In this document: positions 49,636-59,128 of the stretch, piece after piece
How the letters are laid out: every line of letters begins with the position of its first letter
How positions within the stretch are numbered: position 1 is the first letter of the stretch
From: Oculatellaceae cyanobacterium bins.114
GTDB lineage: Bacteria; Cyanobacteriota; Cyanobacteriia; Elainellales; Elainellaceae
DNA length: 64,000 nt
Reading direction: 5' to 3'
Assembly (NCBI GenBank): GCA_033764315.1
Contig: JANRJA010000170.1
Span: 25,885 to 89,884, forward strand
Program-made: the position numbers and the translations under genes
The notes under the pieces: model-generated
Told to the model about the DNA's origin: nothing
The model's database searches: none
What the model saw: the letters and a program-made list of their open reading frames with translations, nothing else

Positions 49636-49668
49636 AGATCCCCGGTTGCTTGAAGCAACCGGGGAACT
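49636..49668. terminator. Hairpin between the convergent Y1 nuclease and NACHT-GUN4 genes
   Basis: AGATCCCCGGTTGCTT-G-AAGCAACCGGGGAACT. Confidence 0.6.
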
Positions 49669-49775
49669 AAAAAGCTGGGGTGCCAGGTAACAGATCTCTA
49701 AAAGGACGCAAAATCGTGTAGAAAGACTCTATTTACAAACTTTAAAAAAAGCTCAGGACTGTCTCGTGCTACAGT

Positions 49776-52040
49776 TTACAAGTCTGTGCGCGAGAAAAGA
49801 GAACCTGCCCACACCGTATCCCACCTGTAACCCATCGGTAATTCTCCAGTAGGAGATTTTTGAAGATGAAATTGCAGTTGGTCGGAGTCCACGTAGGCGG
49901 TTGCGGAGGTTTTCCATCCTACTTTAACGCAAAAGCGATCCCACTCCGCTCCTGTTGAGGTGGGGCTCCCACAATCCTGCCAAATCTTCTTTTGCACACT
50001 AAAGCCAAATTTGCCCTTGCTGTATCTGACCCAAAGTTGGTCGAGCGTTTTTAGATCGTCACAGGGAAAGTTTTCGAGATCAGAACGGCTAAACCCTTGC
50101 CCTTCATCTTTGCCAACCGTGGTGATCATCAACCGATAGGTTTCCTGGTCTGCCTCACGCCATCGCTGCACTTTCAATAGTTCTTCTAGGTTTTGATACT
50201 TTGAGTCTTGAGCAACCGTTTTGAGCGTTTGGAACAATGCCATCAGTTCAGGATTGACTTTCTCAGGGCGAGGATATTCTTTGAGACAGACCGCTGCCAG
50301 TTCTGCGGCTTCGCTACCCAATTCACACGCTTTGCGAATGACCTGATCGAGCAATTTGGGGCTGAGTTGTGCAGTGTAGAGCAAAACGGTTTCTCGCCAT
50401 ATGGCTCCATTCCAGTTTTGCAAGACGAGTTGAGCATTGGTTCTGATACCCTCTGCATCCTGGGGTTGTGCCAGTCGCATGGCGGCAAAAAAGCCCTGAA
50501 AACTAAGATGCGGAAACTCATATTCTCCAGGCTCACGCTCGACTAACAACTCACTGACTTCTACCATCTGCTTTAGCCAGCTTGCGGGTTCGACTTCCTC
50601 TCGTTGAAACACAGTCTGCTGGGTCAAAAATTTCACCAGTCCTTGATGTTGCACCTTGGCTCGATTGACTTTCGTCATTTCTAACGCCAAAGTTTGCAAA
50701 ATTCCCAGGCTTTGCTCATAGGGCAACACCATGCGAATCAAACGAGCACGAGGACGATCATCGAGCTGAAGTTTACAAATGCCGCGATAGAGATCAATCC
50801 GTTGTCGAGGCAGTTCGCGGGAGGGGTCAAACCGATGAAACGTCACCAGCATGTTAAGCAACAATGGGTTTTCAGCCATGTAACCCAATTCGTCTTGACG
50901 CTGCTTTAATTGGGTAATGAGTTGGTTTGAGCGGTCTTGAGCGACTCGTTTAGCATGGCGCAATTGCTTTTCGCTGCGACAACACTTTTCCTGACAGAGA
51001 TACCAGCGGCGAATAAATTGCTCTTGCTGAGTTGGGGTAAACTTGTTGACAAAAATCGGCACTGCCGGACGCTGAGCCGTGTAGTCCTTAAACCCTGCCG
51101 GACGGGATGTGACAATAAATATAGTTTCACTATATTCACGCATTTGGGCACTTAACCAGTGGCTTACCTGATGCCGCTTGTCTTCGGGCACTTCGTCAAA
51201 CCCATCAAACATGATCAGTGCTCTTCCACTGGCTAACAGCTTTTCTGCCCACTTCAGCGGTGGAGTCAGAGGTTGATTTCTAGACAGACTGGGGACATGA
51301 AACTCACTCATCAACTTGGGCAAGCTGGGGGGCTGAGGCTGGGTCAGTGAGTCAGACCAATCACGCAATCGCAGCAACACAGGAACCAGTTTGGGGGCAC
51401 GATATCGCCGTTGTTTGCGTTGACCATAAATCAGAGCAATGTGTCGCAACAAGGTGGTTTTGCCCATGCCGCCTTTTGCCTGAATACTCATTTGACGAAA
51501 CTTGCGATCGCGCTTTGAGCGGGCTAATACATTCCAAATGCTGAGGTTTTCAGAGTATAAGACCGCATCACGCTGTGACCAAACTTTTTGAGGTTTATTG
51601 CTCTGAGTGAATGCATCACTTGCCAAGATGCCTTGCAACTCTAGCGGCACAAACACGTCTTCTAATAAGGGAATTGCCGTGCGATCGGGATTGAAGCCCT
51701 CCGAGGTAAACTCTTCACACAGCCTCGCCTGTTGTTTGAGATAGTGCCCCTCAAAGTCGGAGCGCAGTGTAGACCAACTCTCTAATAGGGATTGCTCTAC
51801 AGTGGCGATCGCCCAATCTATTACCTGATCAATCTTGGGTGCAATCCTTTTGCCAACTTTGATGGCAATCCACATGCCAGCGGCTCCTGCAAAATACCAG
51901 GCAGCTTCCGTCCACTGGTTATCCCTAGCTTTGGTGATGCCGACAAAGCTTAGTGCCCCTGGAATGCCAAAGGTGATCAGTTTGTTATCAAGTAACTCAA
52001 AAACCTTTTCGATCGAGGTGGGCGAGTAGGGATCTGACAT
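49776..52040 (-). CDS. NACHT NTPase with C-terminal GUN4-like domain
   Basis: AKGGMGKTT (Walker A), FDGFDE (Walker B), VTSRP, NPLLL, EFPHLSFQ; then WREADQET, FPCDDL.TLDQLW..YS.GKFGFSVQK.IW, GELP (GUN4-like). Confidence 0.9.
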   Translation of the reverse strand: MSDPYSPTSIEKVFELLDNKLITFGIPGALSFVGITKARDNQWTEAAWYFAGAAGMWIAIKVGKRIAPKIDQVIDWAIATVEQSLLESWSTLRSDFEGHYLKQQARLCEEFTSEGFNPDRTAIPLLEDVFVPLELQGILASDAFTQSNKPQKVWSQRDAVLYSENLSIWNVLARSKRDRKFRQMSIQAKGGMGKTTLLRHIALIYGQRKQRRYRAPKLVPVLLRLRDWSDSLTQPQPPSLPKLMSEFHVPSLSRNQPLTPPLKWAEKLLASGRALIMFDGFDEVPEDKRHQVSHWLSAQMREYSETIFIVTSRPAGFKDYTAQRPAVPIFVNKFTPTQQEQFIRRWYLCQEKCCRSEKQLRHAKRVAQDRSNQLITQLKQRQDELGYMAENPLLLNMLVTFHRFDPSRELPRQRIDLYRGICKLQLDDRPRARLIRMVLPYEQSLGILQTLALEMTKVNRAKVQHQGLVKFLTQQTVFQREEVEPASWLKQMVEVSELLVEREPGEYEFPHLSFQGFFAAMRLAQPQDAEGIRTNAQLVLQNWNGAIWRETVLLYTAQLSPKLLDQVIRKACELGSEAAELAAVCLKEYPRPEKVNPELMALFQTLKTVAQDSKYQNLEELLKVQRWREADQETYRLMITTVGKDEGQGFSRSDLENFPCDDLKTLDQLWVRYSKGKFGFSVQKKIWQDCGSPTSTGAEWDRFCVKVGWKTSATAYVDSDQLQFHLQKSPTGELPMGYRWDTVWAGSLFSRTDL

Positions 52041-52204
52041 AGAGATTTTTGAGGAGTAAGGACAGGCAATTAGAATTGGGCAGAATAAAATCTGGCTTGA
52101 TCTTAAACGACCTTTGCTAATTTAGGTTCTTACATCCGTCAATTAGGACGTAGGGGTGGTTCGCAAACCATCCCGACAGGTTAGTGATAGGTTTCAAAAC
52201 GCCC

Positions 52205-52744
52205 CTATGGGCAGCCCAAAGATTCGCGAGTCTCTACCCCCGTGACTGGATTTACACCACTAGCCGACTCACACAACCGCATTGCCTGATCGCGATCGAG
52301 CACCGCATAGCTAAAGTCTGCGCCCGTCACATTGGCACCGCGAAAACTCGATTTGAGCATCATGGCAGACGTCAACACAGCATCCGTTAAATCGGCTTCT
52401 GATAAATCACTAATGTAGGCAATGCCATCACTAAAATCGACCCCATGCAAGTTTGCACCCTTTAAGACCGAGCCATTAAAAACGGCACCCCGCAAATCGG
52501 CATTACTAAAGTTTGCGCCTTTGAGTTTGGCATTGCTAAATTCGGCTCTAACTAAGCTTTGACCTGAAAAATCTTTTACCGTTGCCTCAACATCATCGTA
52601 GGCACGAATCGCAGCAGAACTGGCAGCATACGCAGGCAAGGGCACGATGAAAACGAGGAGGGCGATCGCCAGTCCAACCAGGGTCAGTCTAACCAGGGTC
52701 AGTCCACCTGTTGCCAATCCAAACCAGTGTCGAAGTACATGCAT
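52205..52744 (-). CDS. Exported/lumenal pentapeptide repeat protein
   Basis: Signal ending [42 protein letters not shown]. Confidence 0.88.
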   Translation of the reverse strand: MHVLRHWFGLATGGLTLVRLTLVGLAIALLVFIVPLPAYAASSAAIRAYDDVEATVKDFSGQSLVRAEFSNAKLKGANFSNADLRGAVFNGSVLKGANLHGVDFSDGIAYISDLSEADLTDAVLTSAMMLKSSFRGANVTGADFSYAVLDRDQAMRLCESASGVNPVTGVETRESLGCP

Positions 52745-53097
52745 AGCTAGATAGAGATGATCCAATCGCTTGACTCCATCAAACGTAACATTTTTTAAAT
52801 CACTAACCCGCTGACATAACTAGCTTCTATCGATTCTCGTCGGGTTTTGATAGTTGTCCAGTCTCCAGATCTCACCCTTTAGACCTGTGGCGATCGCCCA
52901 TCTCCAGGTAGACGTTGGTGAGGTTTAAGACCGTTAACGTGAGTAGTAAATCAAAGCATCACGGACACGAATAGTCTTGCTTCAAATTATTTGCAGCAAG
53001 AGGAACAGGTTTTGGATTGCACTCTATTGACAACCAGTGAGTGCAGTGAGCTTACTTCCATCAACCTTTTTGAAGCACTTATTAGGATTGGAACATC

Positions 53098-53910
53098 ATG
53101 ACAACGAATTATTTGACCAAAACCCTTTGGGCAGGTGTCTGTACGATGAGTCTGGCGACTCTTGTTTTAGGGCTGCCTGCCTTGGCTCAATCGGGTAGCA
53201 CTACGGGAGGTTCTACCGGGAGTTCTACTGGGAGTTCCACGGGTTCTGGTGCAGTCACAGGTGGCAGAACTGGCGCCACGGGCGGTTCTACCGGAACGAC
53301 AGGCGGTTCCACCGGAGCTGGAGCAACTACAGATACCCAAGTTGTTCCAGGCGGCACTCCAGGTGGCATACAACAGGGTGGCACTGGAAACACGGCTCCA
53401 GGAAATACGGGAGGTTCCACCAACGTACCCAATACAACCGGTGGTAGCACATCCAGCCCTGGTAGTGTCAACAACGGCACAACCGTTACTCCGGGCACTT
53501 CTGGTGGCACGTTGATCATTCCTGACAGCGGTGCAACCCAAATTCTTCCAGGTAACACGGGTAGCGGCAACACGACTGTTACTCCAGGAACAACTGTCAT
53601 TCCTGGCACCACTGGCGGCACAGCGACTCCAGGAACTACAACAACTCCAGGTACAGGAAATACAACGACTCCAGGTACAGGAAACACAAATGGTAGTCGA
53701 GTTCCGGGTGGCATTAATTCAGCACCTCTACTGAATCAGGGTGCAGGTGGTTTTACTGGCAACTATGTAGATAGTGCGGACAACGACACCGACTGGAGTT
53801 GGTTAGGTCTATTGGGCTTAGCAGGTTTGGCAGGCTTGAGTCGCAAACCTAGCGATCGCGTTGAGCGAGATACCATCGTGGATGATCGCACCACCACAAA
53901 CCGCTACTAA
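53098..53910 (+). CDS. Gly/Thr-rich secreted protein with WGxxGxxG-CTERM-like anchor
   Basis: Signal ending PALA, G/T/S/P low-complexity body, DWSWLGLLGLAGLAGL-SRK. Confidence 0.8.
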   Translation: MTTNYLTKTLWAGVCTMSLATLVLGLPALAQSGSTTGGSTGSSTGSSTGSGAVTGGRTGATGGSTGTTGGSTGAGATTDTQVVPGGTPGGIQQGGTGNTAPGNTGGSTNVPNTTGGSTSSPGSVNNGTTVTPGTSGGTLIIPDSGATQILPGNTGSGNTTVTPGTTVIPGTTGGTATPGTTTTPGTGNTTTPGTGNTNGSRVPGGINSAPLLNQGAGGFTGNYVDSADNDTDWSWLGLLGLAGLAGLSRKPSDRVERDTIVDDRTTTNRY

Positions 53911-53950
53911 GGAACGCGAATTAAATAACATCGATTTTTTTCGTTAAACT

Positions 53951-54022
53951 GACCCCTCCCAACCTCCCCTTGGCAAGGGGAGGTGCCGTAGGTGGTGGGG
54001 TTAAGTGCAAAGTTCACTGTTT
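53951..54022. repeat. Dispersed repeat, second copy of the 48272-48343 core
   Basis: GACCCCTCCCAACCTCCCCTTGGCAAGGGGAGGTGCCGTAGG...AAGTGCAA.G.TCACTGTTT. Confidence 0.85.
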
Positions 54023-54094
54023 AAAGGGGTGTACTCCGTGCGGTGGGGTGCACCCTTTCTGCAGGCGTATTACTTTTAGAGCACCATCTAGTAA

Positions 54095-55240
54095 TCAAGT
54101 CCAGTAAAGGATTTTGGCTTGAGGAAAGCGTTGGGCGATCGCCTGCTCAAAGAAACGACGCAACTGTTTCATCGTATCTGCATCATAGACATACTTGGTA
54201 CCGCCAAACTTATTGCGTTTTACGCTCCGTGTAGACTCATCCATCTCCAGCTTGCTGTTGGGATACCAGGTATTCAACACCTCCTTAGAACCGGGGGTAA
54301 AGCGATGTGAAATCAGCTCAACCGTCAGGTCACAGTCAAAATCAAGGGCAGCACTGATGTCATCCAACAAGGTTGTGTAATGAGTTTCCCAATCTTCGAT
54401 AGGCATGATGGGGGCGATCACCAAACCCACCGGATAGCCACCCCCACCCCGCTCTACAGGCAGGGCTAAACGACGTAGAGCTTGCAACCGTGCTGCAACA
54501 GATGCTGTCCCACCTTCAAACCGTCGCGAAACAGGAGCAGCATTCACACTGATGCGGCAACGGGTGTGACCGTTATGAGGCAAACCGAGCAACGGCTCCA
54601 CAGTGTCAAACTTAGACACCCAGCGCAGATAACCCACTTCACGGGTGCCAAAGTAGCGAATGCACTCGGCTAAACTCCCGGTCAAATGCTCAATCCCTAA
54701 CGGATCGGTGTAACAACTCACCTCAAACGAGGTTGGCTCATCGGCCCGCTCATAGCTCGCCAGATTCTCTAAAATTTGCGGTAAGTTGGCAAACACACGA
54801 ATCACGGGTGGCCCCTGTAAACTTCCAGCTAGATAGCAATATTGACAATGGGCAGGGCACCCTTCTGCAATGTGAAACTGCCAATCGGCTGATGGAGGAA
54901 TGGGGCTGAGCTTGAGACTGCTAGGAGCCGCTGTCACCACGGCTAGAGTGCGTTTGGAAATATCGTAAGTCTCGCGATCGCTCTCTCCTCGCAACCCGGT
55001 TAGCCGATTGCGGGGAAGTTCTTGAATGGGCAAATTGAGCGATCGCACCCGGTCTAGAATCTGCTGTCCCCATGGTTCGGCGAGTGCCGCAGGGGTGACT
55101 AATACCTGCTCTGGCATCCACAAGCGGGTCTGGGGAGTGTTGGATTGGGGCAAATGGGCTGGAGGGGCGATCGTCGTAGAAGTCGATGTAGCGATAGACA
55201 AAATCTCTCTCCCTATTTCTCTACTTCTATTGTGAGTCAT
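54095..55240 (-). CDS. Spore photoproduct lyase family radical SAM protein
   Basis: GCPAHCQYCYL (CxxxCxxC), FEVSCYTDPL, IAPIM, HRFT, KYVY, YWT end; start codon uncertain. Confidence 0.88.
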   Translation of the reverse strand: MTHNRSREIGREILSIATSTSTTIAPPAHLPQSNTPQTRLWMPEQVLVTPAALAEPWGQQILDRVRSLNLPIQELPRNRLTGLRGESDRETYDISKRTLAVVTAAPSSLKLSPIPPSADWQFHIAEGCPAHCQYCYLAGSLQGPPVIRVFANLPQILENLASYERADEPTSFEVSCYTDPLGIEHLTGSLAECIRYFGTREVGYLRWVSKFDTVEPLLGLPHNGHTRCRISVNAAPVSRRFEGGTASVAARLQALRRLALPVERGGGGYPVGLVIAPIMPIEDWETHYTTLLDDISAALDFDCDLTVELISHRFTPGSKEVLNTWYPNSKLEMDESTRSVKRNKFGGTKYVYDADTMKQLRRFFEQAIAQRFPQAKILYWT

Positions 55241-55483
55241 CTAAAATAGCTGGAGAAGGTCTTGAGGATGGGATTTCACTCCATCTTAAGTAGGGCTTAC
55301 CTGCGTATTTCCTGAGTCATGTTTGTGAGTTAGGGTTGGCGATCGCCCCTACAGCACATGCAGGGGACGTAAATCAACAACAACTTTTGGCGGCAAGCTT
55401 TCAAGTCCACTTATTCACGTTGAATTAGTGTAATTTTGCGACAATCAGACACATTCAGCGATGGATCTGCTAAATTTTTAATC

Positions 55484-55670
55484 ACTTAGTAGCGCGGAAC
55501 TTGAGTTAACCCTATTTCAGACCTGCTGCCCCCTTGTGGACTGTAGAGAATTGGGACGTAGAGCCAGGGTCAATTGACCCAATCGAGAGAGGTCAAAATC
55601 TCTATTCCACTCTCTCACCTGTTTTGAATCTTGCCCATTGGGTACAGTTTGACCTTGACATGCTAAGGTG
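55484..55670 (+). ncRNA. ssrS: 6S RNA (cyanobacterial SsaA type)
   Basis: About 187 nt with paired ends ACTTAGTA.../...TGCTAAGGT. Motifs GCGCGGAAC, GACTGTAGAGAA and CACCTGTTTTGAATCTTGCCC..TGGGTACAGTTTGACCTTGACA match my recollection of cyanobacterial 6S RNA. Extended -10 TGcTAAATT lies just upstream. Confidence 0.85.
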
Positions 55671-55764
55671 TTTTAGCTTGAATTAGCCCAATCAGGTGCA
55701 AGACTACCGATCGCAGCCCAAATCACAGCCCAGATCGCAGCCATAGTCATTTAGCTAGCTACCT

Positions 55765-56826
55765 ATGTCTCAGAATGTGACAACTGATCCATCAGTTTTA
55801 GAGCCTGATCATCTTTCTCAGTCATCAACCCCATCCTCTGAGGTTGATGTAACAGAGGGGTCGGTGCCACCTCAAGAATCCGGTTTTTCCGCCAATTCCT
55901 ACGCCGAACGCTTAATGGATGAGCTGTTTGAAGAAGTGGAAGGCATGTTAGACCGAGGGGCTAAAGCTCCTGATGAACCTGCTAAACCAGAGTTTATTTC
56001 GCTGCAATCTCTGGCAATTCCCAAAATGGTGCTGCCTTCACTGGCTTCATCTCGTCCACAGCCTGAAGAGGTCTCTGAACCCGATTTAGATAGTCTGGCG
56101 TTGGCGATCGCGGCGGAGTCTGCCAGTCATCGCCCTAACTCAACCAAATCTGTCGATCGGGTCTTGCTCGTTGCAGCTTTTGCGTCGCTGGTTGCCACGG
56201 CTGGTCTCTGGTTTGCCTTTCAAAATCGTTGGCAACAGGCAACCCCGATCGATCCCGCAACGGCTGTTGCCACGAATCCTGATTCTGAGGCAAATCGGAT
56301 GTTTGGGGAATACATGCAGCGATCGCTAGCGGTGCTTGAGCAACAAGGCGAGACCAATCAGCAAACCGCTGCTGTCCCGCCAACGGCTCCCCCCAGTGCG
56401 ACTAATCTCCCATCGGTGGGCGTTCCTGGCAATCCGGTAGCAGCCACCACGACGGTTCCAGAACGGGTTTACATTCCGGTTTATCAGCCTCCTCAAGCGT
56501 CTGCTCTGCCAGGAGTGGCGATCGCTCCTTTGCCACCCAATACCGCTGCGGCTGCAACAACGGCTCCATCAGTTCCAGTCGCACCAGCGGCCAGATCTGT
56601 ACCCAATATCTCTTCTGCCAATGCCAGCCATGTCTTAGTAGGGTTGTTGGAATTGGGAGGCGATCGCTCAGCCGCGTTATTTGAGATCAATGGCACAACT
56701 CAGCGCATTCGCATTGGTGAAGGCGTCGGCTCCAGTGGTTGGACGCTAGTATCAGTCGATAACGGTGAGGCGATCGTTCGCCGCAACGGAGAAGTGCGAT
56801 CGATCTTTGTAGGACAGAGTTTTTAG
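55765..56826 (+). CDS. Single-TM protein with C-terminal GspC/PilP-like beta domain
   Basis: Acidic N-terminus, one TM, Pro/Ala linker, LVGLLELG..SAALFEING..RIGE.VG.SGWTLVSV. Confidence 0.75.
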   Translation: MSQNVTTDPSVLEPDHLSQSSTPSSEVDVTEGSVPPQESGFSANSYAERLMDELFEEVEGMLDRGAKAPDEPAKPEFISLQSLAIPKMVLPSLASSRPQPEEVSEPDLDSLALAIAAESASHRPNSTKSVDRVLLVAAFASLVATAGLWFAFQNRWQQATPIDPATAVATNPDSEANRMFGEYMQRSLAVLEQQGETNQQTAAVPPTAPPSATNLPSVGVPGNPVAATTTVPERVYIPVYQPPQASALPGVAIAPLPPNTAAAATTAPSVPVAPAARSVPNISSANASHVLVGLLELGGDRSAALFEINGTTQRIRIGEGVGSSGWTLVSVDNGEAIVRRNGEVRSIFVGQSF

Positions 56827-56969
56827 ACTCCGAGCCTCGCAAAAGACTGGACAAGAACTAAATATGAGATACTCTAAAAGACGTTTGGGTAGTGGTCATT
56901 GAGCTAAATCACCATGACCCCCTCGTTTGTGTGACCGTTAGACGTATCTCCAGGGAGTGAGACAAGGCA

Positions 56970-58430
56970 ATGAAACTGTGCAAAGTTGCAGATATTGCAG
57001 ATTGGCAAAATCCTGATTTTCAAGCCACTGCTGCCTTGTTAAAGCTCAATGGTAAAAATCGCAAGGCATGGGAGTTTATTCATGTCTACACGGGCTTAAA
57101 GCAATTGGGCTGTCTTCAAGCAGATGCCAGAGCGTTGGGTCTAGGTGTAGGACGAGAGCCACTGGTCTATGCCCTGACCAACACCTGCAAGGAAGTGGTT
57201 GCCACCGATCTATACAACTCGGATACGTGGTCTACTGCCTCTATGGCTCCAACCGAGGTCTACAACAAAAATCGCTTTGACTATCACCCAGAGCGACTGG
57301 TCGTTCGTCATATGGACATGACCAACATTGAGTTTCCAGATAACAGCTTTGACTTGATTTGGAGTTGCTGTGCGATCGAGCATGTTAACAACTTTCGCGA
57401 TCTCCACAAGGTCTATCAAGAGATTCACCGGGTTCTTAAACCGGGTGGCATTGCCGCTCTCACCACTGAAACCAACAAGACCGATACCCCCCTCTATGAA
57501 CCCAATCTGCTCTACACCGATCAACTGTGGGTCGATCACTGGTTGCTTGGAGATGATCCCCTGATTCAAGGGTTTGAGCTACTCGATCCGCCTGATTTCT
57601 GCTTAACTCCTGCCCCTGAAAATAATCCAATTCCGCGTCGAGAACCGCTCAAACTGATTCAGGTCTATACCAAAGACATCATTAGCAGCAGCATTGCTTT
57701 TTTCTTACGCAAATCAGGCGAGTTTTCTAAAGCCTATGATGAGAGTTGGTTGCCCCATTTTTGGAGTCAATATCTTGCAGGGTGCGATCGCCTGACCGAA
57801 GGCAAATTCTTTGAAGCTGAGCAGATCTTAAAACAAATCTTACAAGACTCAACATTAGAACCGCGCCTCAAAGTTCGGGCAACCCGTCGCTTATTAGTGG
57901 CATTAGAGGCACAACACGAACGCGACCAAATGGTTGCTATTTGCCAGGACATTTTTGCAGACTGCCAAGCCACCGACGATCAAGATCAAATCATGCCGAT
58001 CGCCCACTTCTGCGAAAATTTGGGATTGTGGACAGAGGCAAAAGCATTGTATGAACGGGTCGAAAGCTTGCGAGGCTCTACTATCAATCAGGTGATTGAT
58101 AGCGTCGTTGGACAGTCTCGATATTATCAACATCACGGTCAGCACGGGAAAGCCCTAACGCTGCTTAACACCATTCAGCAACCCACCCTCACAGGGGGTA
58201 CCCGCACCGAAAAAAGCACCTATCCCGTCTTCTGGAATCTGGGCTTGTGTTGTGAACGCCTCGGCAACTTTGATGCCGCTGTTGAGCATTACCAAATTGC
58301 TGTTAATGCTGCCGACCCTCGTTCTAAAGAACATTTGCATGCCTCACTCAAGCTGCGATCGTGCCAGTTTGAGCGACGCTTACCTGTGCGATCGACCTGG
58401 AAAAAACTGAAGCAGATGCTAAAAAGCTAG
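56970..58430 (+). CDS. Class I SAM methyltransferase with C-terminal TPR-like region
   Basis: LGLGVGRE, FPDNSFD, IEH, RVLKPGG; WNLGLCCERLGNFDAAVEHYQ. Confidence 0.85.
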   Translation: MKLCKVADIADWQNPDFQATAALLKLNGKNRKAWEFIHVYTGLKQLGCLQADARALGLGVGREPLVYALTNTCKEVVATDLYNSDTWSTASMAPTEVYNKNRFDYHPERLVVRHMDMTNIEFPDNSFDLIWSCCAIEHVNNFRDLHKVYQEIHRVLKPGGIAALTTETNKTDTPLYEPNLLYTDQLWVDHWLLGDDPLIQGFELLDPPDFCLTPAPENNPIPRREPLKLIQVYTKDIISSSIAFFLRKSGEFSKAYDESWLPHFWSQYLAGCDRLTEGKFFEAEQILKQILQDSTLEPRLKVRATRRLLVALEAQHERDQMVAICQDIFADCQATDDQDQIMPIAHFCENLGLWTEAKALYERVESLRGSTINQVIDSVVGQSRYYQHHGQHGKALTLLNTIQQPTLTGGTRTEKSTYPVFWNLGLCCERLGNFDAAVEHYQIAVNAADPRSKEHLHASLKLRSCQFERRLPVRSTWKKLKQMLKS

Positions 58431-58506
58431 GCGTTACTGAAGGCAAAGATCAACAGCCCTCAGCACCCAACTGTTACCATAAAGAAACACACCCGAGAGA
58501 ACGGTT

Positions 58507-59088
58507 ATGGGCTTGTTTGAAGACCTGAGCAGTTTTTTAGAGTCTCGTCTAGAAGAGTTTTTGCGAAACAATCCGCATTTAGAATTACAGGCTCTAGCCG
58601 AAAAACTGCGAGAACAAGAAGAGGAAACCATTCGGCTGTTAGCTGATTTGCAACGCCGTGAAAAAACGTTGCAGGATGAAATCTTAGAAACAGCCCAAGA
58701 AGTTCAACGCTGGCACATCCGCATTGAGAAGGCAAAGTCGGTGGGCAGACTCGACTTAGCAGAACCCGCAGAAGCTCGTGAAGCCGCTTTGTTACGCCAG
58801 GGAAATCAACTCTGGGCGCAGATGGAGTTGGTCAAAAACCGAGTTAAACAGACCAAAGACCTGTACCAGCAAATTCAACAAAAACGGCAGGAAGTCAAAC
58901 AAAAGCTGCTAGACGTACAAGCTCAGGCTGCCAAGACTACCGCTCAACCCAACCAACAATGGCAAACGAGTGGTTGGACTCAGTCCGGTTATAACTTGCG
59001 TGATCCCTCTGACGCACTAGAGCAAACCTTTCGGCGTTGGGAGATGGATGAGGAACTAGAGCAACTGAAGCGCAACATGGGTAAGTAA
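58507..59088 (+). CDS. TIGR04376-type PspA/Vipp1-like coiled-coil protein
   Basis: MGLFEDLSSFLESRLEEFLRNNPHLELQAL; C-terminal F.RWE.DEELEQLK. Confidence 0.8.
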   Translation: MGLFEDLSSFLESRLEEFLRNNPHLELQALAEKLREQEEETIRLLADLQRREKTLQDEILETAQEVQRWHIRIEKAKSVGRLDLAEPAEAREAALLRQGNQLWAQMELVKNRVKQTKDLYQQIQQKRQEVKQKLLDVQAQAAKTTAQPNQQWQTSGWTQSGYNLRDPSDALEQTFRRWEMDEELEQLKRNMGK

Positions 59089-59128
59089 AAAAAGACGAGT
59101 AGATGGGTTTTGGGCGATGGGCCGTGTT

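Noticed and set aside
49776..49860. Classical DGR variable region
   Set aside because: No reverse transcriptase and no template repeat copy were found in the window; a remote DGR cannot be excluded.
53167..53734. Several overlapping ORFs
   Set aside because: Shadows of the low-complexity Gly/Thr gene.
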